A stretch of 22,471 nt of DNA from Candidatus Xenobia bacterium (lineage in GTDB: Bacteria > Vulcanimicrobiota > Xenobia > Xenobiales > QWHO01), in contig BTUM01000110.1 of assembly GCA_045863235.1 (NCBI GenBank), forward strand, positions 1 through 22,471. Direction: 5' to 3'. Positions 15,112-22,471 of this stretch are shown here, piece by piece; position 1 is the stretch's first letter, and the number at the start of each line of letters is the position of its first letter. Below the pieces are notes generated by a model. The model worked only from the letters and a program-made list of their open reading frames with translations, ran no database searches and was not told the DNA's origin. A program made the position numbers and the translations under genes.

Positions 15112-17199
15112 ATGGAGCTTCTCACTCCCGTCAGCCGTCCTGGCTCGGCCTTGCCGCCGGAGGTGGCGCGTTTCGTTCGCAAGATCGAAACCCGGGTGGA
15201 CGAGGTGTGCGCGGGGCAGGCCCGCGAGCTGGGCGAGCTGCCCGAAGACCTCAAGAAGCTGGCCCGGCTGGCACGCAACGCTCCCCTGGCGGCCTCGGCC
15301 CCGTTCGAGCCCCAGCACACCCGCTCGGTGGCCAACCTCATGGCCACTGTCAACCAGATCAACCTGTACGCCAGCCTGGCCGTCAGCCCGGCTCCGGTGG
15401 CGGGCTGCCACGAGGTGCTGCGCCAGGGCCTGGAAGAGCTGCAGAGCGGGCTGGAGACGGTCTATGGAGGGGCGCGCGAGCTGCAACGCAAGGCCCACGT
15501 GCTCGGTCCCCCTCCCCCGCCCGACCTGGTGCCGATGGTGGAGGTGCCGGCGGGCAGCTTCAAGTTCGGGCTCGACGACCGCCCCGAGAGCCTGCCCGCC
15601 TACCGCATCAGCCGCTACCCGGTGACCAACCGGCAGTTCGCCGCCTTCGTGGAGGCCACCAGGCACCAGGTGCAGGGGGGATGGACGGCGCCGGAGGAGT
15701 CGCGAGGAGATCATCCCGTCACCCAGGTGACTTTCTACGACGCCCAGGCCTTCGCGCGCTGGGCGGGAGGCCGGCTGCCCACCGAGCTCGAGTGGGAGAA
15801 GGCGGCCCGAGGCACGGACGGGCGGAAGTACCCCTGGGGAAACCAGTGGGACCCGCGCCGCTGCAACAACGACTCCACCGGCACCACCCCGGTCACGGCC
15901 TTCGAGCGCAAGGGGAACGTGTCGCCGTTCGGAGCGGTGGACATGGTGGGCAACGTGCTCGAGTTCGTGGACGGGGCGACGAGCCGAAGGCCCGGGGCGG
16001 TGCTGCTCAAAGGGGGGGCCTGGACCAACTACGTGACCCGGCACAACCAGCCGTTCGACTGCATCCGGCACACCTCCGAGACGCCCGAGTCGAGCTACAA
16101 TGGATTTGGCTTTCGCATCGTGATGGACGGGCCCGGGGAGCAGGCTGAACTCGGGCTGCACTTCGACGATCTCGACCCGCGCGAAGAGCCGGGGGCGCTC
16201 GAGAGCATTCCCGACCACCTGTCCGGGAGCTTCGGGGTGCTGCAGCGCCAGGTGAATCTGTCGCTCGAGGGCCGGCCCGAGGCGCTCAAGCCGCTCTCGC
16301 AGGCGCTGCGCGAGATCTGCCGCGAGACGCGCGAGCTGCGCCCCAGCGCCCAGGACCCTGCCAGCCAGCAGCTCCAGCAGCGGGTGGACCAGGTGCACTC
16401 GCTGGCCAACCGGATCGCGGCCACGGCGGCCCTGGTAGCCACCGGCAGCCCCCCTCACGGACTCAGCCTGGCCACGGCCGCCCAGGTGCTCGGCGACTCC
16501 ACCCAGGAGCTGTTCGCAGCCGCCTGCGAGGTTCACGAGGGAGCCACGCTGCGCTCGATCGCCGACCAGGCCGAGAGAGGGCCCCGGGCCGACCTGATCG
16601 AGTGGGTCTCGATCCCCGAGGGCAAGTTCCTGTTCGGGCGCGAGAACGCCTCGGTGCCGCTGGAGGCGTTCGAGATCTCCCGCTACCCGGTGACCAACGA
16701 GCAGTACCACGAGTTCGTGAAAGCCACCGGCTACGTGAGCGAGGGGGGCTGGCGGGAAGGTTACCCGGAGGCGGAGGCCCGCCACCCGGTGGTCAATGTG
16801 ACCAGCTTCGACGCCCGGGCGTTCTGCGAGTGGGCCGAGTGCCGCCTGCCCAGCGAGCAGGAGTGGGAGAAGGCGGCCCGAGGGACGGACGGGCGGCGCT
16901 ATCCGTGGGGCGACGAGTGGGACCCGGCGGTGTGCAATCACGAGGGCGCCGGGCTCTCGGCCGTGGACGCCCACGAGGAGGCGGGCAACGTCTCCCCCTA
17001 CGGGGTGGTGGACATGGTGGGGAACGCCCTGGAGTACGTGGACAGCACGTCCTCGCGCCGTCCAGGATCGACGGTGCTCAAGGGCGGGGCCTGGTCGAAC
17101 GGGTCGCTCAAGCCGTTCGACGCCATCCGGCACACGACCGAGGTGACCGGGGGGGCTTACAAAGGATTCGGGTTCCGGGTGGCGCGCAGCGCCTCCTGA
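15112..17199 (+). CDS. Protein with two FGE-sulfatase (SUMF1-like) domains, each preceded by a helical region
   Basis: Twice: [10 protein letters not shown], HPVxxVT, [23 protein letters not shown], SPxGxVDMVGN, KGGAW, GFGFR. Confidence 0.9.
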   Translation: MELLTPVSRPGSALPPEVARFVRKIETRVDEVCAGQARELGELPEDLKKLARLARNAPLAASAPFEPQHTRSVANLMATVNQINLYASLAVSPAPVAGCHEVLRQGLEELQSGLETVYGGARELQRKAHVLGPPPPPDLVPMVEVPAGSFKFGLDDRPESLPAYRISRYPVTNRQFAAFVEATRHQVQGGWTAPEESRGDHPVTQVTFYDAQAFARWAGGRLPTELEWEKAARGTDGRKYPWGNQWDPRRCNNDSTGTTPVTAFERKGNVSPFGAVDMVGNVLEFVDGATSRRPGAVLLKGGAWTNYVTRHNQPFDCIRHTSETPESSYNGFGFRIVMDGPGEQAELGLHFDDLDPREEPGALESIPDHLSGSFGVLQRQVNLSLEGRPEALKPLSQALREICRETRELRPSAQDPASQQLQQRVDQVHSLANRIAATAALVATGSPPHGLSLATAAQVLGDSTQELFAAACEVHEGATLRSIADQAERGPRADLIEWVSIPEGKFLFGRENASVPLEAFEISRYPVTNEQYHEFVKATGYVSEGGWREGYPEAEARHPVVNVTSFDARAFCEWAECRLPSEQEWEKAARGTDGRRYPWGDEWDPAVCNHEGAGLSAVDAHEEAGNVSPYGVVDMVGNALEYVDSTSSRRPGSTVLKGGAWSNGSLKPFDAIRHTTEVTGGAYKGFGFRVARSAS

Positions 17200-17341
17200 G
17201 GGGAGCGGCTGGGCGCCTAATGGGATCCCGAGCGCCGGGTGCGGGTGATGCTAAGTTCGTTCAATCAGCACTAGGGAATCTGGGCCTTCAACCGTGCACA
17301 CGCCTGATCGCCAGTTCGGCAACACCTGTACGTCCGGAAAC

Positions 17342-17370
17342 GGTGATCGAACGGTGATCATCTGGTGATC
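17342..17370. repeat. Three GGTGATC direct repeats with 11-bp period
   Basis: GGTGATC at 17342, 17353 and 17364. Confidence 0.7.
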
Positions 17371-17383
17371 AGGTTTGGTGGCG

Positions 17384-19870
17384 TCAAAATGCACCCGACC
17401 AGGCCGGCAAGCCAGCAGCATTCCAAGCGTTGACACGGTGATAGTATTCCTCTGTAGTGAGCTCGATGAGCCGATCTCCATCCAGACGCAAGCCTAGCCA
17501 GAGTTCGGCCAGGCCAGGCCCTGCTGGCAATGCCGCCGAGGGGAAGAGTTCATAAACACGGGCTGTATTCCCTGAGACAAACGCGAGACGCTGTCCGTCG
17601 GCGCTAAGTTCGAAGCCAGATAAACCATTGTCACCCCTATCCCTGATCTGGAACAGAAAGCGCGGAGGATTCACTGCCCAGACCTCAAGAGTGCTTAGTT
17701 CTTGCGTCTTCCAAAATACAAGCGTGTGACCTCCGAGTTTTCCGTCGCGACCACCTCGAACCTGGGTCAGCAACTTTCCCTGTCGAGTCCAGAGCTTCAG
17801 AGCGGCGTCGTAACCTGAACTGACTAATAATGTGCTATCCGGGCTCCAGGAATACTCTGTCATACGTGGATGAGCCAACTCCACTGGCTTGCCCGAGGGG
17901 AGTGCGGCCAGCGTCAACCCTGAACCTGACTGCCAAGCGACCATCTTGTCGTCAGGAGAAAAGGACAACTCGACGGCATCGGAATGCTTAAGCAGAGACA
18001 AGCGTTTCCCGGACTCGACATCCCAAAGGCTGTAACCTTCGCGCTCACGGACGGCCGCTGTTCGATCATCGTGACTCAAAGTGATGGCACGGCCGCTAAA
18101 CTCAGCCAGCAAGTGGCCGGAGTGGGCATCCCAGACGGCGACTTGGTCCGCGTCAACAGTCAGTACGCGCCGACGGCTTGGGCTGAAGCGGGCGGAAAAG
18201 CGTCTCGACTTGCCGCTCATCCGGACGATGGGCTTTCCCTTGCCATCAACCAGATCGGCGTAGTTCTCGAAGGGCTTGTTCTTGATCTGCCGGTCCGGCC
18301 CCACGTCCCGATTTGGTTCCAGTTTGGCGCCGGTAGTCAAATCCCACCCTTGGTGCTCGACCCAACCGCCGATGAGCAGCCGGGAACCTTGCAGTTCGAG
18401 CGATTCCACTCCGGCCGCATCCGTGAGGACCGCCAATAAGCGGGGGTAGCGAGTCAACTCGGACGCGGTTGCGCTGCGCCAAAGAAACCCGCCCGGATCG
18501 CCCAGGACCACTGCCAGCCCGCCCCGATCCGCGCCTAGACCACTATGCACCCATTTGCGCCATGCCTCCACATCGTGACCAAAGTCCATCCCCGTCTGGA
18601 ACTGCAGAGCGCGGAAGAGCCAGTCCTTTTCCACTTGCTTGCGGCCAAGGGCAATGATTAGAGATTCTTGACTGGGTAGATAGAGCACCTCGGAGAAATA
18701 CATCCCCAGCCAGTCGTCCTGAGCCGTTCCCTGCTCAAGCGCTCTCGCGAACTCGGGAGCCAAGCTCTCCTGATTAGGGACTAGCCGAACCAAGCCATTG
18801 AGAGCATTCTTGGCGACCTCCTCATCTGGATCGTTCACAGCTCTCAACAGGGCGGGCTTCGCCTCAGGATCACCAAGTTTGGACAAGGTTTCTGCCGCCC
18901 CAGCCCGAGCCTCCGCCGAGGAGCTTGTCGCCAGGACGGCCTCCAATGCCGGTCGAGCTGGCTTTCCTACCGCTTCAAGACCAAGTCCAGCGTAATACAC
19001 TGACGAGTTCGACTCGAGGCCTGTAATTAGCACAGGAATGGCGTCCTGGCCTAGAGCTGATGGCAGATTTTCGAGTATGTAATTCCGCTCGGGCCCTCGA
19101 AGGGCCGCCCTACGCAAAAAGGCCTTCGCCTGTTCATCACCTAAGACGGACAGGGCAAAAGCCGCTCGCACCTTCAGAGTTGTATCGCGGCCTAAGAGCA
19201 GTTCCCAGAGACGCGGGCCCAAATCACGAAGGGGCTGCTCGGTCAGGAGCTCAACAGCTTCAGCAGGCACGGAATACTGCGCCATTGCCCTCCGTAGAGA
19301 CTCGGCCCCCCCTTGGCTGACTGCACCATCAGCAAGTCCGATGCAGATCATCCGTCCCCTGCTGACGACCACCACTTGCTCGGCTACCAGATCAAACCAT
19401 TGACCGTGACGCCACCAGATACCGCTCGGCCCGGGATCCATCTTGCGGATCTCGTCCTCCGGAAGTAGGTCGGTCAACGACTTCTTCCACAGGGGCTTGC
19501 CGCTCGGGCCATAAGCAGCGACCACGTCCGAGCCCAAACCCACCATTGCATAGTTGTCCAACGTTACTACATAGCGCCCGTCGTCGGAGACGATCGCACT
19601 GAGTGGTGCCACCTCGTTTACCAGGGCCCCGCTCCAGACGCGAACTCGTTTCTTCCCCTCAAGGCGATACAGAGTGCCCAAGCACCGACCAGGAATTTGT
19701 CGTTGCTGAGACCTGGCGAGGACTAAGGCAAAGTGGCTGGTCTTTACCGGCTCGATATGGAGCAAGTAGCTGCGGTTCCCAGAAAAGATGTCTTCCGGCT
19801 CGGGCGGGCCCCAACTATCCGCTCGCAACGGAGCAACTACAAGCAGCCAAAAAAGAACGAGCCACCTCAT
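17384..19870 (-). CDS. Secreted multidomain protein: signal peptide, beta-rich N-domain, HEAT repeats, WD40-like beta-propeller
   Basis: MRWLVLFWLLVVAPLRA-D signal with upstream AGGAG; HEAT-like ARAGAAETLSKLGDPEAKPALLRAVNDPDEEVAKNAL; WD-like VAVWD, SLWD, FSPDD, WSPDS...SSGYDAALKLW. Confidence 0.8.
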   Translation of the reverse strand: MRWLVLFWLLVVAPLRADSWGPPEPEDIFSGNRSYLLHIEPVKTSHFALVLARSQQRQIPGRCLGTLYRLEGKKRVRVWSGALVNEVAPLSAIVSDDGRYVVTLDNYAMVGLGSDVVAAYGPSGKPLWKKSLTDLLPEDEIRKMDPGPSGIWWRHGQWFDLVAEQVVVVSRGRMICIGLADGAVSQGGAESLRRAMAQYSVPAEAVELLTEQPLRDLGPRLWELLLGRDTTLKVRAAFALSVLGDEQAKAFLRRAALRGPERNYILENLPSALGQDAIPVLITGLESNSSVYYAGLGLEAVGKPARPALEAVLATSSSAEARAGAAETLSKLGDPEAKPALLRAVNDPDEEVAKNALNGLVRLVPNQESLAPEFARALEQGTAQDDWLGMYFSEVLYLPSQESLIIALGRKQVEKDWLFRALQFQTGMDFGHDVEAWRKWVHSGLGADRGGLAVVLGDPGGFLWRSATASELTRYPRLLAVLTDAAGVESLELQGSRLLIGGWVEHQGWDLTTGAKLEPNRDVGPDRQIKNKPFENYADLVDGKGKPIVRMSGKSRRFSARFSPSRRRVLTVDADQVAVWDAHSGHLLAEFSGRAITLSHDDRTAAVREREGYSLWDVESGKRLSLLKHSDAVELSFSPDDKMVAWQSGSGLTLAALPSGKPVELAHPRMTEYSWSPDSTLLVSSGYDAALKLWTRQGKLLTQVRGGRDGKLGGHTLVFWKTQELSTLEVWAVNPPRFLFQIRDRGDNGLSGFELSADGQRLAFVSGNTARVYELFPSAALPAGPGLAELWLGLRLDGDRLIELTTEEYYHRVNAWNAAGLPAWSGAF

Positions 19871-19874
19871 TGAC

Positions 19875-20169
19875 TTACACTCTCCTGACTCTTGGGTTCT
19901 TGGCCTCTGTCTCGACCAGCTCCAACAATTTGGCCCGCTCGGAAAATTCGGAGCTAGGCTCGATAGCGGTAACAGACCATCGCCGAGACCGTTTGCTGAA
20001 ATTGTAAGTGATCGTGACCTCTGCCGGGCCATCCTCCTCGTTAGTTAACTCGGTATGCATCTTCTTGCCAATCAGAATAGTTGCGGCCACGAGTAAAGAG
20101 TGAGCCAACGAGGAGCACCAGTTCATCATCGGGTAGCCCCGAGCGCTGCAGTTCTTGCAGAATGTTCAT
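19875..20169 (-). pseudogene. Hypothetical gene interrupted by a 4-bp tandem duplication (GTTAGTTA, 20040-20047)
   Basis: ATG 20169 with purine-rich RBS gives MNILQEL...DAYRVN*. Removing one copy joins it to EEDGPAEVTITY...RVRRV (96 aa). Confidence 0.6.
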
Positions 20170-20182
20170 CTTGCGTCTCTTC

Positions 20183-20761
20183 CTATTTGGTCGAGCCTTC
20201 GTCGGCGTAGGACGACTTGCCTAGCATCCCGGTCTTGGAGAGCCAACCTAAATCAATGCTTGCAGTCGGGTGACGAAGCGCCTTTTCGTAGGTTGCACGC
20301 TCGAAGATGAATGGGCCCAGCCTATAGTCCCAATTGGGTCGGTGGAAACAATAGAACTGTGACCAGCGCACGGTTCTGTCGTCCACATCAATTCTACAAC
20401 AGAACGGGTCTATAGAGCCAGCAGCGCTCCCTCCGCTGTAAATGGGAACGCCACGGGCCTGAGGAGCATCCTCAAATTCCCCATCGGTGAAATCGACCTC
20501 TCCCAAGAGAAATCGGGATGGCGCCAAGAGGTATTTTCGGTGTCGGGGTTCCCAATGGCCTGCCATTGAGTCTGCCGTGGACTCAGGGGGGTCGTAAGTG
20601 TAATCGGGGTCCGGGTGTGTTCCCAGCCTTTGTTTCGCGTCCGCGACCCAAAGTGGGTACTCGATCTCCCGAACCCTGTCTAGCAGTGAGCGCCCGTTGA
20701 TTACGTAGTCCAGTAAATGCACATGATACCGAATCTCGGCCAAGCAAAATGTATCTGTCAA
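20183..20761 (-). CDS. Hypothetical protein
   Basis: TTG start with AGGAG 7 nt upstream; globular composition with motifs INGRSL and VRWSQF...HRPNWDY.LGPFIFERATYEKAL. Confidence 0.7.
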   Translation of the reverse strand: MTDTFCLAEIRYHVHLLDYVINGRSLLDRVREIEYPLWVADAKQRLGTHPDPDYTYDPPESTADSMAGHWEPRHRKYLLAPSRFLLGEVDFTDGEFEDAPQARGVPIYSGGSAAGSIDPFCCRIDVDDRTVRWSQFYCFHRPNWDYRLGPFIFERATYEKALRHPTASIDLGWLSKTGMLGKSSYADEGSTK

Positions 20762-20792
20762 AGTTCGGCTCCTGAGCTGAATATAACAGGTC

Positions 20793-21143
20793 CTACCGGA
20801 TTCGGGCGATGAGCCTCTGCCCTAGGACGCCCAAGCCGATCACAATGGGGCCACCTAGTAGAACGACCGTGCCGACCAGGACGCGGAAGGCGGTCGGGCT
20901 CAGAGTATCTGTCACTCCATGTGCCCGAACCACGGCCACGAAGAGCGCCCAGACCACCATAAGCAGGTGCGGCCCGAACGTGAATGCGAGCAGGTTGAAG
21001 CACCCGAGCTTCCTCGTTGGGCCGAGCACACTGAACCCGACGACCAGGCCCAGCAGCGCGAGGATGGCGCAGTCCCCGAAGAGCCCGGACAGTGCCATGA
21101 GGTTGTAGGTGTCGTCATCGTTCACGCCGTACGGATCGTCCAT
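20793..21143 (-). CDS. Hypothetical membrane protein (3 TM)
   Basis: Three hydrophobic stretches; co-oriented with neighbours. Confidence 0.6.
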   Translation of the reverse strand: MDDPYGVNDDDTYNLMALSGLFGDCAILALLGLVVGFSVLGPTRKLGCFNLLAFTFGPHLLMVVWALFVAVVRAHGVTDTLSPTAFRVLVGTVVLLGGPIVIGLGVLGQRLIARIR

Positions 21144-21211
21144 TCATCAGGAACATTCGCTGGGAGTGTGAACCCTCCGCTCGGGTGCCCGGCAGGGCGC
21201 GGGGCCGAAGG

Positions 21212-21613
21212 CTGACCCACCTGAATGCGGGCAGAGCCGACGGAACCTACGAACGTCGGTTCAACAACCTCGCCCGGGTGGAGCTCCTCATCATCGACGA
21301 CTTTGGGCTGAAGACACTGAAGCCACCAGCTGACGAAGATTTCCACGAGCTGGTTGCCGAGCGTTATGAGCGCGGAGCCATCGTCCTGACGAGCAACTTA
21401 GACTTCGGGGAGTGGGGCAATGCCTTCGCCAATCCACTGCTCGCGTCCGCCACCATTGATAGACTCCGGCACAACGCCCATTGCCTGACCATTGAAGGCG
21501 AGTCCTACCGGTCCCCGCGCTCCATGAACTCGAAAGAGCGCAATGGGAAGCCGATCGCTAAGGCCAAGCCGATGAACGGGCCTGACAGCCCCGTGGACGT
21601 TCCCAGGAAATAA
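21212..21613 (+). mobile_element. istB: IS21-family IstB helper ATPase, C-terminal fragment
   Basis: ADGTY..., LLIIDDFG (Walker B), ERYERGAIVLTSN, EWG, ATIDRLRHNA, IEGESYR; Walker A and istA absent. Confidence 0.88.
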
Positions 21614-21769
21614 GGGCTCCCCCGCATCTCAGCGGCCAGCCGGACAGCTCGGAAAGGCACTTCAGAGACCTGGTCCAGAGAAAGCGACCCCGCAACGACA
21701 ACTTGCAAAGCGCGCTCACGGGGTATCGAGATGCTACTCGAGGCGATCGACAGGAGAACCCATCCACCC

Positions 21770-22183
21770 TCAAGCAGGCGGTGGAGCTTCTCGAGCCGAT
21801 GCACCGGCGGTTGGCTGGACCGCGAATGTCCAGCCCTTAAGCAGGCCTGCCTGAATTTGCGCGTCCAGGAACTCCGGCGACAGGAGCTCGGTGTCAACAC
21901 GGGCGTTCAGCTTGAACCGGTCGAAGAACCTTAGAGCCAACCGCCCCTCGCATTTGACCAGGATCTCGCCCAGCGCCCAGCGGATGCCGCCTTGGTCGAG
22001 CGCTCGACAGAAGAGGTCCACGTTGTGATCGGTCAACTCAAGCTCTACAGACTCACCCGGATGGCCGAACCATTGCGCGAGTGACCCGCCGTGGGCGGTT
22101 AGTCGGCCACGTCCAGTAAGCTCGCGCGCAACCCGGCGCAGGAAACCTTCGGGGTTTCGAATCCGAATTCTGGCATCGATCAC
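21770..22183 (-). CDS. Hypothetical protein
   Basis: 137-aa ORF with GTG start 6 nt after a TATACT hexamer; no recognisable motif. Confidence 0.55.
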   Translation of the reverse strand: MIDARIRIRNPEGFLRRVARELTGRGRLTAHGGSLAQWFGHPGESVELELTDHNVDLFCRALDQGGIRWALGEILVKCEGRLALRFFDRFKLNARVDTELLSPEFLDAQIQAGLLKGWTFAVQPTAGASAREAPPPA

Positions 22184-22218
22184 GTTCCGAGTATACTACA
22201 ATGTGCTAGAATCGAAGC
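22184..22218. promoter_or_regulatory. Putative back-to-back leaderless promoters
   Basis: Plus strand TGcTAGAAT (22204-22212) lies 6 nt before ATG 22219; minus strand TATACT (22195-22190) lies 6 nt before GTG 22183; neither gene has an SD. Confidence 0.55.
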
Positions 22219-22471
22219 ATGGAGCTGTTCGAGGCCGTCCGTTGCGATGATATCGAGGCATTCACTCGCTTGGTGGAGTCCGACCCTGGTCTGCTCTGGT
22301 CCCGCGACCCGGACGGTTACGGAAATACCGTCCTGCACGAGGCGGCCCGGTGCGGAAGCGTCCAGGTGCTGCGCGACATTCTGGACTCGGAGCTCGACGT
22401 CGGCTTGCGCAGCCGCTCCGTTCTACCGACTGGACCAGATGCAGTCGTTGCTGGGAGTCCCACTTCCGGCT
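22219..22471 (+). CDS. Ankyrin-repeat protein, runs off the window edge
   Basis: MELFEAVRCDDIEAFTRLVESDPGLLWSRDPDGYGNTVLHEAARCGSVQVLRDILDS contains the G-x-T-x-L-H-x-A-A-x-x-G ankyrin motif. Confidence 0.82.
   Translation, partial: MELFEAVRCDDIEAFTRLVESDPGLLWSRDPDGYGNTVLHEAARCGSVQVLRDILDSELDVGLRSRSVLPTGPDAVVAGSPTSG

Noticed and set aside
4121..17133. Long antisense and alternate-frame ORFs (e.g. 4121-5395, 5482-6630, 6500-8938, 8959-10122, 11161-12642, 13656-15002, 15019-17133)
   Set aside because: Shadows of high-GC genes; they lack motifs and overlap well-supported CDSs.
15112..17199. DGR target (FGE/CLec fold with variable region)
   Set aside because: No reverse transcriptase and no near-identical template repeat with adenine-specific differences in the window.
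8204..17199. FGE protein as maturase of the sulfatase-like enzyme
   Set aside because: The enzyme lacks the CxPxR motif and the FGE domains lack the catalytic cysteines.
19871..20032. N-terminal extension of the 882-aa ORF
   Set aside because: The signal peptide and RBS point to ATG 19870, and the extension overlaps the upstream pseudogene.

Overview
High-GC bacterial DNA with three zones. (1) 1-4200 is a decayed accessory patch: a small membrane-protein gene, a G8-frameshifted and 3'-truncated gene fused to a 5'-truncated Topo VI-A/JetD-like TOPRIM gene, a toxin-antitoxin cluster (DUF433, Phd-like remnant, DUF433 plus DUF5615 PIN) and an Rhs/YD remnant. Most of it lies between two exact 22-bp direct repeats (867-888, 4023-4044). 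(2) 4243-11237 is a tightly coupled 8-gene operon resembling the uncharacterised Salmonella STM4011-STM4015 cluster: His-rich 98-aa protein, LRR-DUF6745, WGR-STM4015-like LRR, ATP-grasp, HAD phosphatase, alkaline-phosphatase-superfamily enzyme and two radical SAM enzymes. It runs on into an M19 dipeptidase, a COG0523 GTPase and an internally deleted 3-hydroxyacyl-CoA dehydrogenase. (3) 13695-22471 holds a membrane Ser/Thr kinase with a GlsB/YeaQ/YmgE-like N-terminus, a divergent tandem FGE-domain protein, and a lower-GC island. The island carries a secreted HEAT/beta-propeller protein, hypotheticals, a gene broken by a 4-bp duplication, an istB fragment and an ankyrin gene behind a putative bidirectional leaderless promoter. 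All family calls come from motif recognition by eye; no database searches were run.
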